NCBI GenBank assembly: GCA_963734085.1
Contig: CAVTFT010000015.1
Location: 69,912 to 133,911, forward strand
Reading direction: 5' to 3'
From: an uncultured beta proteobacterium
GTDB taxonomy: Bacteria > Pseudomonadota > Gammaproteobacteria > Burkholderiales > Casimicrobiaceae
DNA: 64,000 nucleotides
The notes under the pieces were generated by a model. It saw nothing but the letters and a program-made list of their open reading frames with translations. It was not told the origin of the DNA and ran no database searches. The number at the start of each line of letters is the position of its first letter. Position 1 is the first letter of the stretch. The position numbers and the translations under genes are program-made. This document shows positions 1-14,018 of the stretch, one piece after another.

Positions 1-417
1 AAGCGCCGCGAAGCGGTCGACGAGTCGCGGCAAGCCTTTCTTGTCGAGGCGCCGGATGTCGTTCAAAAGCACCCATCGCATCTCGCCGACGTAGCCGGTC
101 CGGCGCGGGATGCCGGCGAGCCACGGGATGAGCGCCGACTTCCACGAATTCGGCAGCAAAATCGCGCGCGTGTAGCCGTTGGCGGACACGATCCGCGCGA
201 GCGAGCGGCGCCCGCGCCAGTCGAAGCGGCCGTGTCCGGCCGTGGTTTCGATGATGCGGCCGATGCCGCGCATGCGTGCGTAGACCGGCGCGCACCACGC
301 GGGCGCGAGCACGTCGACGATTGGTTCCTCGTACGGGTCACGCACCAGCGCCAGCAGCGGCTCGGACAGGATCGCGTCGCCAACCCACGAAGGTGCGACG
401 ATGAGGATGCGTTCCAT
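1..417 (-). CDS. waaF: ADP-heptose--LPS heptosyltransferase II, N-terminal part (gene runs off left edge)
   Basis: Open frame from ATG at complement 417 to position 1. Translation is MERILIVAPSWVGDAILSEP...ILLPNSWKSALIPWLAGIPRRTGYVGEMRWVLLNDIRRLDKK. This matches remembered RfaF/WaaF N-terminal motifs (PSWVGD, PNSxKSAL, GIPxRTG, GEMR..LLND). Confidence 0.85.
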   Translation of the reverse strand, partial: MERILIVAPSWVGDAILSEPLLALVRDPYEEPIVDVLAPAWCAPVYARMRGIGRIIETTAGHGRFDWRGRRSLARIVSANGYTRAILLPNSWKSALIPWLAGIPRRTGYVGEMRWVLLNDIRRLDKKGLPRLVDRFAAL

Positions 418-461
418 CAATCGAAATCTTCGGCCGCCACAACCGGTCCCGACGGATCCCT

Positions 462-659
462 TTAGTGAGCGGCTCCCGTTCGCGGGCCGCCCTTCAGCCG
501 ATACCGCGTGCCGCAATAAGGGCACATCGCCTCGCCGGTCTCTTCGATCGGCAGGAAGACCCGCGGATGCGACGACCACAGCGGCATCCGCGGATTCGGG
601 CAGTACACGGGAAGGTCCTTTCCCTCGACCTCGACCGCAGCGACATCGTTGACGACCAT
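462..659 (-). CDS. small zinc-finger (CHCC-type) domain protein
   Basis: 65-aa ORF with VYCPNP...CPYCGTRY cysteine pairs. It sits between waaF and ilvE, as in many beta-proteobacteria. Confidence 0.7.
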   Translation of the reverse strand: MVVNDVAAVEVEGKDLPVYCPNPRMPLWSSHPRVFLPIEETGEAMCPYCGTRYRLKGGPRTGAAH

Positions 660-669
660 TGTGGCACCC

Positions 670-1593
670 CTATACCGGCACGAGCCAGGCCCTCTTCGCC
701 GGGTTGCGGCCGTTGACGGTGTCGAAAAAGAGCGCCTGGAGCTTGGTCGTCAGCGGACCGCGGCGGCCCTCACCGATGACGCGGTTGTCGTATTCGCGGA
801 TCGGCGTCACCTCGGCGGCGGTGCCGGTGAAGAACGCTTCGTCGGCGAGGTAGACTTCATCGCGCGTGATCCGCCGCTCGACGACGGGAATGCCGAGCTC
901 GCCCGCGAACGTGATGATCGTGTCGCGCGTGATGCCGTTCAACGCGCCACCGGAGAGATCCGGCGTGTGCAACTTGCCGCCGCGGACGATGAACACGTTC
1001 TCGCCCGACCCCTGGCAAACGTAGCCCTGGGGGTCGAGCAGCATCGCCTCCTCGTAGCCGTCGTGCGTGGCTTCCTGGTTCGCGAGGATCGACACCGCGT
1101 AGTTGCAGACGGCCTTGGCGTTGCACATCGTGATGTTCGGGTGGTGATGCGTGAACGACGAGGTCTTGACGCGAATACCCTTCTCGAGCCCGTCGGCGCC
1201 GAGATAGGCGCCCCACGGCCACGCCGCGATCGCGACCCGCACGGGGTTGGATTTCGCCGCGACGCCCATCGCGTGCGAGCCGTAGAAGGCGATCGGGCGG
1301 ATATAGCAGGCGTCGAGCTTGTTGTCGCGGACGCAGGCCTGCTGCGCCGCATCGATCTCGTCCTTCGAGTACGGGATCTTCATGCCGAAGATCTGCGCCG
1401 ACCGATAGAGGCGGTCCGTGTGGTCGCGCAGCCGGAAGATCGCCGGGCCGGCGACGGTCTTGTACGCGCGCACGCCCTCGAACACGCCGAGGCCGTAGTG
1501 GAGCGTATGCGTGAGCACGTGGGTGTTGGCCTCGCGCCACGGCACCATCTTGCCGTCGTACCAGATCCAACCGTCGCGGTCTGCCATCGACAT
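670..1593 (-). CDS. ilvE: branched-chain amino acid aminotransferase
   Basis: 307-aa ORF: MSMADRDGWIWYDGKMVPWREANTHVLTHTLHYGLGVFEGVRAY...GTAAEVTPIREYD. Typical class IV aminotransferase IlvE. Confidence 0.95.
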   Translation of the reverse strand: MSMADRDGWIWYDGKMVPWREANTHVLTHTLHYGLGVFEGVRAYKTVAGPAIFRLRDHTDRLYRSAQIFGMKIPYSKDEIDAAQQACVRDNKLDACYIRPIAFYGSHAMGVAAKSNPVRVAIAAWPWGAYLGADGLEKGIRVKTSSFTHHHPNITMCNAKAVCNYAVSILANQEATHDGYEEAMLLDPQGYVCQGSGENVFIVRGGKLHTPDLSGGALNGITRDTIITFAGELGIPVVERRITRDEVYLADEAFFTGTAAEVTPIREYDNRVIGEGRRGPLTTKLQALFFDTVNGRNPAKRAWLVPV

Positions 1594-1691
1594 GGCGGAG
1601 CTCCCTCGGCCAAAACTCGAATTTTACCCGATCCTCGCACGCAGCCTGCGGCGCCGGAGCCTGGCGTGCGCTTGACCGGAGCAGGGCGGGA

Positions 1692-4469
1692 TCACGTCCA
1701 CGGCCCGCCGAACACGTGCGTCCATAGCGCGCGCACCGCCGCGCGCGGCAGCGCTTGCGTCTCGGGTTCGACCCGCGCGTGCGTCGCGCCGGTAAGACGG
1801 ATCTGGTGCTGCGCTCGCCGGTAGTCGCGGTACGCGTCGGCGGCACCCTGCGCGATCGTCGTCGGCACGAGCGAAAGCAGCGCGGCCGTTCGCAGCAGCG
1901 CGATGTTGCCGACGTTGCGCGTGAGCTCCGGATGCTCGCCCGCGTACGCGAGAACCAGGAACTGGACGGTGAACTCGACATCGACCATGCCGCCCTCATC
2001 ATGCTTCACGTCGAAGAGCGCGGTCCGGTTCGGATGGCCGGCCGCCATCCGGCGCCGCATGTCGACGACGTCCTGCCGGAGCTTGGCGCGATCGCGCGGC
2101 AGCTGCAGGATCGCTTCGCGCTCGGCTTCGAAGGCCGCGCCGATCGTCGTATCGCCGGCCACAAAGCGCGCGCGGGTCAGCGCCTGATGTTCCCAGGTCC
2201 ACGCCTGCTCGCGCTGGTAGCGTCGGAACGACGCGAGCGACGACACCATCAGGCCGGCCGCGCCGTCGGGACGCAGCCGCACGTCGGTTTCGTAGAGCGA
2301 ACCGGCGGCGGTCGTCGTCGTGAGCCAGCTGATGATCCGCTGCGCGAGGCGCGCGTACCGTTCGGCGGCGCTCTCGTCGGGATCGTCGTGGATGAACACG
2401 AGATCGAGGTCCGACGCGTAGCCCAATTCCTTCCCGCCGAGCTTGCCGTAGCCGATGACGGCGAACTTGGGCGGCGGCGCCGCGGTTCCGCACAAGTGCG
2501 TCCACGCCGCGTTCAGCGTGGCCGCGATGACGAGATCGGCCAGCATTGACAGGTGGTCGGCCAGCCGTTCGACGGTGAGAAGGCCGGCCAGGTCCTGCGC
2601 GAGGAGGCGGAACGTCTGCGCGTGCTGGAAATGGCGCAACGTGTCCATCGCAAGCTCCGCATCGCCTGCACTGTCGTTCTGCAACCGCCCAAGTTCGCCT
2701 TCCCACGCCTGCCAATCGGGCTCGGCGAGCAGTACCCGCGCGTCGAGCAGCTCGTCCAAGAGCAGCGGATGGCGCGTCAGATAATCGGCTGCCCATGCGG
2801 ACGCGCCCATCAGCTGCGCGAGGCGCGGCAAGACCGGCGGATGCTCGGTCAGCAGCGCGAGATAGGCGCTGCGCCGACTGATCGTTTCGAGCAGGCCGGC
2901 AAGTCGGCGCAGCACGACCTGGGCGTCGGCCCCGGGCACCCGCTCGGTCGCCGCGACCACGAGCAGTTGCGGGATCAGCGCGTCGACGCGTTGGCGCGAC
3001 AACGCGGGGAGCTGCACGTAGCGGCTGCTTGCGCGAAACCGCGCGAGATCGGCGACGAGTTGCTCGGGATCCGCATAGCCGATGGCGGCGAGCCGCTCGC
3101 GCGCCGTGTCGGGGCTTGCGTCGCCGCGCCAGACGGCGGCGAGCTTCGAAAGGTCGATGCCACCGTGGGCCGCGGAAGGCGCCGCGGGCGGGAGGTTCGA
3201 TGCGCCGGTGCCGGCGGCGTCGGCGTCGCCAAAAGCGGCCGCAAACTGCGTAGTCACGGCGTCGCGATGGACGGCGAGGGCTGCGTCGAACGCAGGCGCC
3301 GTGGCGAACCCTGCGGCCTCGGCCAGCGCGGCCCGTTCGGCGAGATCCGCCGGCAACGTTTGCGTCTGGCGGTCGTCGCGATACTGCAGCCGGTGCTCGA
3401 CGTTGCGCAGGAAGACGTAAGCGGTGCGCAGCGCTGCGACGGCGGACTCGGGAAGCAGTCCGCGGGTGGCGATTGCGTCCAGCGCGCGCTGCGTGCCGCG
3501 AACGCGCAGCGGCGTTTCACGGCCGCCGCGCACCAGCTGCAGCGCCTGCACGATGAACTCGATTTCGCGAATCCCGCCCGGGCCGAGCTTGATGTCGGGA
3601 GCGTAATCGCGCCGCTTGACCTGCTCCCTGATCTGGCGGTGGATGTCGCGCAAGCCCTCGTAGGCGTCGTAATCGAGGTACTTCCTGAACACGAACGGCG
3701 TGATCAAGGCGTAGAGCTCGTCGTGCCGCTCGCCGGTCAGCGCCCGGGCCTTGAGCCACGCGTAGCGTTCCCACGCACGTCCCTGCGTGACGAGATACTG
3801 TTCGAGCGCCGCGAAGGGAACGGAGAGCGGACCGGACTCGCCATACGGCCGCAGCCGCATGTCGACGCGAAAGACGAACCCGTCGGCGGTCACATCGTTC
3901 AGTGCCGCGATGACGCGCCGGCCGAGGCGGTCGAAGAACTCGCGGTTCGAGATCGATCGCGCACCGTCGGTCTCGCCGCTTTCCGGATAGGCGAAGACCA
4001 AGTCGACGTCCGACGAGACGTTGAGCTCGGCGCCACCCAGCTTGCCCATGCCGATGACGACGAGCTGCTGCGCGCCGCCATGCTCGTCGCGCGGCTCGCC
4101 GTGCAGCGCAGCGAGTATCGCGTGGTGCAGCGCGACGGCGGCGCGCGTCGCCGCTTCCGCGAGCGTCGTCATGTTAATGCAGACCTCGGCGAGCTCCGCA
4201 CGGCCGGTGAGGTCACGGGCGAGCGTGTGGAGATAGACGCGTCGACGCAGCGCGCGCAGCGTCGCGGCGAGGCGGGCGGGATCGCCGGCAGCGATCTCGC
4301 GGGAGAGCTCTCCGCGCGCCGATCCCCACGCATAAGGCGCATCGAGGGTGGCGTCGAGCAGCGCGCGCTCGTCCGGGTAAGCGGCGAGGATTTGTGTCGC
4401 GTAACGGCTGTAGGTGAGCGCGCCCGCGAGATCGCTGGCTGAGGGCTGCGGTTGATGGCGGCGGGACAA
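1692..4469 (-). CDS. glnE: bifunctional glutamine synthetase adenylyltransferase/adenylyl-removing enzyme
   Basis: 925-aa ORF with two nucleotidyltransferase repeats (GMGKLGGAELNVSSDVDLVF and GYGKLGGKELGYASDLDLVF). Confidence 0.93.
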   Translation of the reverse strand: MSRRHQPQPSASDLAGALTYSRYATQILAAYPDERALLDATLDAPYAWGSARGELSREIAAGDPARLAATLRALRRRVYLHTLARDLTGRAELAEVCINMTTLAEAATRAAVALHHAILAALHGEPRDEHGGAQQLVVIGMGKLGGAELNVSSDVDLVFAYPESGETDGARSISNREFFDRLGRRVIAALNDVTADGFVFRVDMRLRPYGESGPLSVPFAALEQYLVTQGRAWERYAWLKARALTGERHDELYALITPFVFRKYLDYDAYEGLRDIHRQIREQVKRRDYAPDIKLGPGGIREIEFIVQALQLVRGGRETPLRVRGTQRALDAIATRGLLPESAVAALRTAYVFLRNVEHRLQYRDDRQTQTLPADLAERAALAEAAGFATAPAFDAALAVHRDAVTTQFAAAFGDADAAGTGASNLPPAAPSAAHGGIDLSKLAAVWRGDASPDTARERLAAIGYADPEQLVADLARFRASSRYVQLPALSRQRVDALIPQLLVVAATERVPGADAQVVLRRLAGLLETISRRSAYLALLTEHPPVLPRLAQLMGASAWAADYLTRHPLLLDELLDARVLLAEPDWQAWEGELGRLQNDSAGDAELAMDTLRHFQHAQTFRLLAQDLAGLLTVERLADHLSMLADLVIAATLNAAWTHLCGTAAPPPKFAVIGYGKLGGKELGYASDLDLVFIHDDPDESAAERYARLAQRIISWLTTTTAAGSLYETDVRLRPDGAAGLMVSSLASFRRYQREQAWTWEHQALTRARFVAGDTTIGAAFEAEREAILQLPRDRAKLRQDVVDMRRRMAAGHPNRTALFDVKHDEGGMVDVEFTVQFLVLAYAGEHPELTRNVGNIALLRTAALLSLVPTTIAQGAADAYRDYRRAQHQIRLTGATHARVEPETQALPRAAVRALWTHVFGGPWT

Positions 4470-4544
4470 GGCGATGATCGGCGGACGACCGCCGGGGGTT
4501 CGCGCAGGGCTTGCGTACCCGGCGCCCGGGGGGTATCCGCTACA

Positions 4545-7500
4545 ATGAGTGAGAGCAGGTCTATTATGCCTTCCGCGCGCGCCCCCTCCCGCGCCACTGC
4601 AGCGTTTCGCCGTGTGCTCGGTCGCCTTGCCCGCATTGCCGGCATTGTCGTCGTGGCGGGCTTCGGACTCTTTGCGCTGGCGCTCCTCGTCGTGCGCTTT
4701 GTCGTGTTCCCGCGCGTCGACGCCTACCGCGACGCGATGACCGAAGCGCTGTCGCGGGAGCTCGGTCAGCCCGTGGAAATTGCCGCGCTGTCGACCGGCT
4801 GGGACGGCTGGAACCCGAAGATCGTCATCGAGGGATTTCGCGTCCGCGACGGCAACCGCGACGTGTCGCTGCTCGACCTGCCGGAAGTCGATCTGATCGT
4901 CGCGTGGACGTCGCTACCGCTCCTCGAGCTGCGCCTGAAACAGCTCACGATCGACCGCCCACGGCTGTCGGTCCGCCGCGATCGGGCCGGGCTGCTCCAC
5001 GTTGCCGGAATTGAAATCGATCCCGACCGCGCGGCCGACGATACGGGGGTGACCGACTGGATCCTGCGCCAGCGCCAGATCGTGGTTCGCGACGCACTCG
5101 TCACCTGGAACGACGATCTGCGCAACGCGCCGCAGCTCGTGCTGGATCGCGTCCAGTTCCGGCTGGAAAGCCAGCTCGGCTACCATCGCTTCGGTCTCAA
5201 AGGGACGCCACCGCCGGAGCTGGCCGCGCCGCTCGATCTGCGCGGCGAGATCCGCGGTGCCATGCCGAGGACGTGGCAGAATGCCCAGGGCCGGCTGTAT
5301 GTACGGCTCGACTACGCCGACGTCGCCGCGTGGCGCGAATGGCTTCCGTTGCCGCCGGCAATCGCGAGCGGCAAGGGGGCGATGCGCGTCTGGTTTCAGT
5401 TCGCGGGCGGCGAGGCGCGCGAGATCATTGCCGATCTCGAGCTCGCCGACGTCAAGGCGAAGCTCGGCGAGAAGCTGCCGGAGCTCGGCCTCGCGCACCT
5501 GTCGGGCCGTGCCGGCTGGCGCAACGCAGCGCCGCAGCACGAGTTCTTCACCAATGAGCTCGCGTTCGTGACGCCGACCGGCCAGAGGCTCGACCCGACG
5601 ACGTTCACCGCGGCGCTCCGCGATGCGACCTCGGACGCTCCCGCGAACGGCCGCGTGGAATTCGACCGCCTGCAGCTCGATCCGCTGCGCGATCTCGCGG
5701 CGCATTTGCCGCTGCCGGAGAAGCTGCGTGCCGACCTTGCGCGTTTCGCGCCGCGCGGCACGCTTTCGCAGGGGCGAATGCGCTGGGAAGGGCCGCTCGA
5801 CACGCCGTCGGCACTGACCGCATCGGCGGCATTCGACAAGCTCGGCGTCGTCGCGCAGGACCCGTTTCCCGGGGCAAGCGGCCTCACCGGAAGCTTCGAG
5901 GCGACGTTGGCAGGCGGCGAGTTGAAGCTCGCGACACGTGGCGCCAGCGTCGAATTTCCGCGCGTGTTTGCCGAGCCGATTGCGCTCGACACGCTGCAGG
6001 GGGCGGTCCACTGGGAGCGCAAGGGCGATCGCACGCGGGTCGACGTCCGCTCGCTCGACTTCGCCAACGCCCATTGTGCGGGCAGCCTGGCCGGGACCTA
6101 TCGCTCCGACCCGCAGGGTCCGGGCGAGGTCGACGTCGTCGCGCAACTCGCGCGTGCCGATCCCGAGCAGGCCTATCGCTACCTGCCGCTTGCGGTGCAT
6201 GCCGCCGTGCGCGATTGGTTGCATGCGGCGTTGAGCAAGGGAATAGCGACGGATGTGCGGATGAAGCTTGCGGGCAATCTCGCGGCGTTTCCGTTCACCG
6301 ATGCGAAAAGCGGGCAGTTCGTCGTCACCGCCAAGGCCAAGGGCGTGACGCTCGCGTATGCGCGTGGCTGGCCCGCGCTCGAAGACATCGATGCCGACGT
6401 TCGTTTCGATTCCGCCGGAATGAGCGTCGACGCTTCGCGCGGCCACACGCTCGGGGTTGAGCTCGGCCGCACGCGCGCGGTGATCCCCGAGCTTCGCAGT
6501 CCGAATCCACAGCTCTCGATCGAAGGCAGCGCGACCGGGCCGATTCCCGATTTCCTGCGCTTCGTCGAGGACAGCCCGGTCGCCGGGATGATCGGTCATT
6601 TCACCGATGGCGCCACCGGCGCGGGGAACGGCCGTCTCACGGCCAAGCTTGCGCTGCCGTTGAAGAAGCCCGAAGCCAACAAGGTCACCGGCGCGTTCCT
6701 GTTCGCGAACGGCGAATTGCGCCTTCCGGACGCACCCGCGTTCACGCAGATCAACGGCGAAGTCACGTTCACCGAGAACAGCCTGCGCTCGCGCGATCTC
6801 GCGATCGACGTGATGGGCGGACCCGCGAAGCTCTCGATCGCGAGTACCGAAGGCCGCGTTCGGGTCGGCGGCAACGGCACGGCGAATCTGGGATTGTTGC
6901 GGCGCCAGTACACGGCGGCGTATTTCGATCGACTCTCGGGGACGGCCGACTGGACGATCGCCGTCAACGTGCGGCCCGGGCAATCGGCGTGGGTGCTCGA
7001 AAGCCCGATGAAGGGCGTCATCGTCGACTTGCCGGCGCCGCTCGGCAAGGCGGCGGGCGACGCCATGCCGCTGCGCATCGAGCGCCGCGGCGACACGGCG
7101 CCGGAGGGTGAAGACCATCTGGACATGACCTACGGCCGTATCGCGCAGGTCGCCGTGCATCGGCAGCTCGCGAAAAGCGGCGCCACCGTGGATCGCGTCC
7201 TGCTCTCGCTCGGGCGCGCCGCGGACCGTCCGGACGCAGCACGGGCCGAGCGTTCCGGCGTCTGGGTGCGCGGCGAGCTGCCCCATCTCAACGTCGACGA
7301 CTGGCTAGCGCTGCGGGAGCGCGAGAAGGCCGCCGTAAGTGCCGCTGCCGATGCGATTCCCCCGCTCGCCGGCGTCGATCTCGATGTCGGCGCCCTTGAT
7401 GTGTTCGGGCGCCGGTTCAACGAGTTCAAGGTCGTCGCCCGGGAGTCGGAGCGCGACTGGAAGCTCGATCTGCGCGGACGCGAGGTCACCGGCACGGCAG

Positions 7501-8528
7501 TCTGGTCGGCGCCGGGGACGAGCATGCCGAACGGGCGCGTCGTCGCGCGTCTCGTGCGCTTTGCGATGCCGGGTCCGAGCGAGTCGAGCGCGCAAGCCGG
7601 CAGTGACAACAAGGGGGACGAGACCAAGGCTTCGAGCGGTGACGCGAACCCCTGGCCCGAGCTCGACATCGCCGCCGATACGTTTTTCTCGAAGGGACGC
7701 GATCTTGGACGGCTCGAGCTCGTGGCGAAACCGCAGGGCGCCGAGTGGCGGATCGAAAAGCTGGTGGTCGCCAACGACAACGGGCGCATCGAGGCCAATG
7801 GCGCCTGGCGTACCCAAGCGCGCCAGCAGCAGACGAAGCTCGACGTCGCGCTCGACGCGCAGGACGCCGGCGCCTTCCTCGCGCGTTTCGGGTACCCCGA
7901 CGCGCTGCAGGGCGCGCCGACGCGAATCGACGGCCAGCTCGCCTGGGCCGGCGCGCCCAGCGAATTCGACTATCCGACGCTCACCGGCACGCTGCGCATC
8001 GTCGTGGGGCCCGGCCGCTTCCTGAAGATCGAGCCCGGCTTCGGCAAGCTTCTCGGCGTGTTGTCGCTGCAATCGCTGCCGCGGCGGATTTCGCTCGATT
8101 TTCGCGACGTGTTCAGCGAGGGCTTCGCCTTCGACGACATCACGGGCAGCGTGCGCGTCGCCAACGGCGTGATGAGCACCGATAATCTCGCGCTTGTCGG
8201 CCCGGCGGCGAAGGTCAACATCTCCGGCGACGCCGACCTCGCGAAGGAGACGCAGCGGCTTGCGGTGCGCGTCCAGCCTTCGCTCTCCGGCGGCGTGTCG
8301 GCCGGCGCTGCGCTGCTGTTTCTCGCCAATCCGATCATCGGTGCCGCGGTCGGCGCCGGCTCGCTCCTCGCGCAGAAGGTGATGCGCGATCCGATCGAGC
8401 AGATGTTCAGCTACCAGTACACAGTGACCGGTGGCTGGTCGGATCCCGTCGTCACGCGCAGCGGCACCGCGATGGTGAGCGTTGCACCGGGGACGCCCGG
8501 TTCTCCGGCCGAGGGCACGCCGAGATGA
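4545..8528 (+). CDS. YhdP/AsmA2-family large envelope protein (TIGR02099-like)
   Basis: Frame of more than 1300 aa with an N-terminal TM helix (IAGIVVVAGFGLFALALLVV), a long beta-rich body and a C-terminal segment GKLLGVLSLQSLPRRISLDFRDVFSEGFAFD typical of YhdP. The ORF-track start at 4452 overlaps glnE. ATG 4545 or 4566 is more plausible. Confidence 0.8.
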   Translation: MSESRSIMPSARAPSRATAAFRRVLGRLARIAGIVVVAGFGLFALALLVVRFVVFPRVDAYRDAMTEALSRELGQPVEIAALSTGWDGWNPKIVIEGFRVRDGNRDVSLLDLPEVDLIVAWTSLPLLELRLKQLTIDRPRLSVRRDRAGLLHVAGIEIDPDRAADDTGVTDWILRQRQIVVRDALVTWNDDLRNAPQLVLDRVQFRLESQLGYHRFGLKGTPPPELAAPLDLRGEIRGAMPRTWQNAQGRLYVRLDYADVAAWREWLPLPPAIASGKGAMRVWFQFAGGEAREIIADLELADVKAKLGEKLPELGLAHLSGRAGWRNAAPQHEFFTNELAFVTPTGQRLDPTTFTAALRDATSDAPANGRVEFDRLQLDPLRDLAAHLPLPEKLRADLARFAPRGTLSQGRMRWEGPLDTPSALTASAAFDKLGVVAQDPFPGASGLTGSFEATLAGGELKLATRGASVEFPRVFAEPIALDTLQGAVHWERKGDRTRVDVRSLDFANAHCAGSLAGTYRSDPQGPGEVDVVAQLARADPEQAYRYLPLAVHAAVRDWLHAALSKGIATDVRMKLAGNLAAFPFTDAKSGQFVVTAKAKGVTLAYARGWPALEDIDADVRFDSAGMSVDASRGHTLGVELGRTRAVIPELRSPNPQLSIEGSATGPIPDFLRFVEDSPVAGMIGHFTDGATGAGNGRLTAKLALPLKKPEANKVTGAFLFANGELRLPDAPAFTQINGEVTFTENSLRSRDLAIDVMGGPAKLSIASTEGRVRVGGNGTANLGLLRRQYTAAYFDRLSGTADWTIAVNVRPGQSAWVLESPMKGVIVDLPAPLGKAAGDAMPLRIERRGDTAPEGEDHLDMTYGRIAQVAVHRQLAKSGATVDRVLLSLGRAADRPDAARAERSGVWVRGELPHLNVDDWLALREREKAAVSAAADAIPPLAGVDLDVGALDVFGRRFNEFKVVARESERDWKLDLRGREVTGTAVWSAPGTSMPNGRVVARLVRFAMPGPSESSAQAGSDNKGDETKASSGDANPWPELDIAADTFFSKGRDLGRLELVAKPQGAEWRIEKLVVANDNGRIEANGAWRTQARQQQTKLDVALDAQDAGAFLARFGYPDALQGAPTRIDGQLAWAGAPSEFDYPTLTGTLRIVVGPGRFLKIEPGFGKLLGVLSLQSLPRRISLDFRDVFSEGFAFDDITGSVRVANGVMSTDNLALVGPAAKVNISGDADLAKETQRLAVRVQPSLSGGVSAGAALLFLANPIIGAAVGAGSLLAQKVMRDPIEQMFSYQYTVTGGWSDPVVTRSGTAMVSVAPGTPGSPAEGTPR

Positions 8529-9385
8529 AGGAGCAGGCGCTGGAAGAGCAGCCGGCGCGTATCGCTGCTTCCGGTCGCAACGCCACGCCGTTTCGCGTCG
8601 CCGCGGTGCAGATGGTGTCGGGCGGCGATATTGCGGCCAATCTCGACCAGGCAGCACCACTGATCGCCGCAGCGGCCGCACAAGGCGCGCGTCTTGTCGT
8701 CCTGCCTGAATACTTCGGGATCTTCGGCACGAAGACGACCGACAAGGTCATCGCGCGCGAAGCCGACGGCAACGGCGTGCAGCAGGCGTTCCTGGCGCGC
8801 GCAGCCCGCGAGCACAGCATTTTTCTTGTCGGCGGCAGCGTTCCCCTCGCGTGCGACGATCCGACTCGCGTGCGGAGCGCGTGTCTCGCCTACGGCCCGG
8901 ACGGCGCGCGCATCGCGCGCTACGACAAGATCCATCTCTTCGCCTTCGCGCGCGGCGACGAGCACTACGACGAAGGCCGGACGATCGAGGCGGGGACGAC
9001 GCCGGTGGCGATCGATCTGCCGTGCGGGCGGGTCGGCCTCTCCATTTGCTACGACGTGCGTTTTCCGGAGCTCTACCGCAGTCTTTCCGATCTCGCGCTG
9101 ATCCTCGTGCCGTCCGCGTTTACGGCGACCACCGGGGTTGCGCACTGGCACCTGCTGCTTCGCGCACGCGCCGTCGAAAATCTGTGCTACGTGCTCGCCG
9201 CGGCCCAAGGGGGGATCCACGCCAACGGGCGGCGCACCTACGGGCACTCGATCCTGATCGACCCCTGGGGCAGGATCATCGCGGAGCGCGAGGACGGACC
9301 CGGCATCGTCGTCGGCGACGTCGATCCGGCGCGCCTGGCCGAAGTGCGCGAATCGCTGCCGGCGCTCGCCCATCGCGTGCTGTGA
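8525..9385 (+). CDS. carbon-nitrogen hydrolase (nitrilase superfamily) protein
   Basis: 286 aa: FRVAAVQM...VLPEYF...YDKIHLF...GLSICYDVRFPELY. This shows the Glu-Lys-Cys triad context. ATGA overlap with the upstream gene. Confidence 0.85.
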   Translation: MKEQALEEQPARIAASGRNATPFRVAAVQMVSGGDIAANLDQAAPLIAAAAAQGARLVVLPEYFGIFGTKTTDKVIAREADGNGVQQAFLARAAREHSIFLVGGSVPLACDDPTRVRSACLAYGPDGARIARYDKIHLFAFARGDEHYDEGRTIEAGTTPVAIDLPCGRVGLSICYDVRFPELYRSLSDLALILVPSAFTATTGVAHWHLLLRARAVENLCYVLAAAQGGIHANGRRTYGHSILIDPWGRIIAEREDGPGIVVGDVDPARLAEVRESLPALAHRVL

Positions 9386-9391
9386 CCACGC

Positions 9392-9883
9392 ATGACCCCG
9401 CACGATCTGCCGGTTCCGGTGCAGGAGCGCTATTTCGAGGACTATGCGCCCGGGTCGGTGTGCGTCTACGGTCCGATCGCGGTCACCGAAGCTGCGATCA
9501 TCGAGTTCGCGTCGCGCTACGATCCGCAGCCGATGCACACCGATCCGGTCGCCGCGGCGCGCGGTCCGTTCGGCGGCCTGATTGCGAGCGGCTGGCACAC
9601 GACCGGACTCGTGATGCGCGTCCTGGTCGAACGCTACCTGTCGCATGTGGCGGCGCTGGTGTCCCCCGGGATCGACGAGTTGCGCTGGCAAAAGCCCGTG
9701 CGGCCGGGCGACGCGCTCCACGTTCGCGTCACGGTGGTCGACGCGGGCATTTCGCGCTCGAAGCCCGATCGTGGCCTCATCAGGAGCTTCGTCGAGGCGC
9801 TGAACCAGAACGACGAAGTGGTGATGAGCCTGAAGGCGATGAACTTCCTGCGTCGTCGAGACACGGGCAAGGGCGGCGCCTGA
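9392..9883 (+). CDS. MaoC-like (hot-dog fold) dehydratase
   Basis: 163 aa: FASRYDPQPMHTDPVAAARGPFGGLIASGWHT, the MaoC dehydratase signature. Confidence 0.8.
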   Translation: MTPHDLPVPVQERYFEDYAPGSVCVYGPIAVTEAAIIEFASRYDPQPMHTDPVAAARGPFGGLIASGWHTTGLVMRVLVERYLSHVAALVSPGIDELRWQKPVRPGDALHVRVTVVDAGISRSKPDRGLIRSFVEALNQNDEVVMSLKAMNFLRRRDTGKGGA

Positions 9884-9899
9884 TCGCCGCGTTCGCGAC

Positions 9900-10574
9900 C
9901 TATTTCCCGCGCAGCAGGATCAGCACCGCGCCGCCACCGCCCGCGTGCCGCGGCGCTTCGCAGTACGCAAGGACGTCGTCCCAGCGCGAAAGCCACTGCC
10001 TGACCTTTCCCTTCAGCACCGGCTCGCGGTTGGGCGAGGTGAGGCCTTTGCCGTGGATCACGCGGACGCAGCGATAACCGTGCTGGCGCGCATCGTCCAG
10101 GAAATCGGCGAGTGCGTCGTGCGCCTCGTCGGTCGTGTGGCCGTGGAGATCGATCTCGCCTTGCACGGCCCAGTGACCGCGCCGGAGCTTGGACAGGATG
10201 TCGCTGCCGAGTCCGCGGCGCAGGAACGTCTGAAACGCCTCGTGCTCCTGTCCGATCTCCCACGTATGAGGCGAAGGCTCTGCGCCGTATTTCGACGCGG
10301 CGAGTGCGTCGGCGTCGTCGGCGATACGCTGATGGGGAATCGGCTCCGGTCGTCGCGCGACGTGCTGCGCGCGCGTTGACGGCGAGAGCTTCTGCACGTC
10401 GGCGAAAGCACTCGCGAGGTCAACGTCGCCATCGCGATGTTTCGCCGCGGCAATCGCGTGCCGAGGGGTCGCGTGACGCGCCTTCGGCAGGTTCGGCGGA
10501 CGCGCGGGGGCTTCGGCAGGCGCCTTGGCGCGCGCCAGGTCCACGAGCTTCCTCAAGTCGGACAGCTTGGCCAT
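9900..10574 (-). CDS. Smr/MutS2-type small nuclease domain protein
   Basis: 224 aa. C-terminal EIDLHGHTTDEAHDALADFLDDARQHGYRCVRVIHGKG matches the Smr domain. Confidence 0.8.
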   Translation of the reverse strand: MAKLSDLRKLVDLARAKAPAEAPARPPNLPKARHATPRHAIAAAKHRDGDVDLASAFADVQKLSPSTRAQHVARRPEPIPHQRIADDADALAASKYGAEPSPHTWEIGQEHEAFQTFLRRGLGSDILSKLRRGHWAVQGEIDLHGHTTDEAHDALADFLDDARQHGYRCVRVIHGKGLTSPNREPVLKGKVRQWLSRWDDVLAYCEAPRHAGGGGAVLILLRGK

Positions 10575-10585
10575 CGCAAGTGCGA

Positions 10586-14007
<3,422 letters not shown>

Positions 14008-14018
<11 letters not shown>

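Noticed and set aside
4541-4546. TACAAT upstream of the YhdP-like gene as its -10 box.
   Set aside because: It overlaps the candidate ATG at 4545 and I could find no -35 partner. It is noted only as a reason the true start might be ATG 4566.
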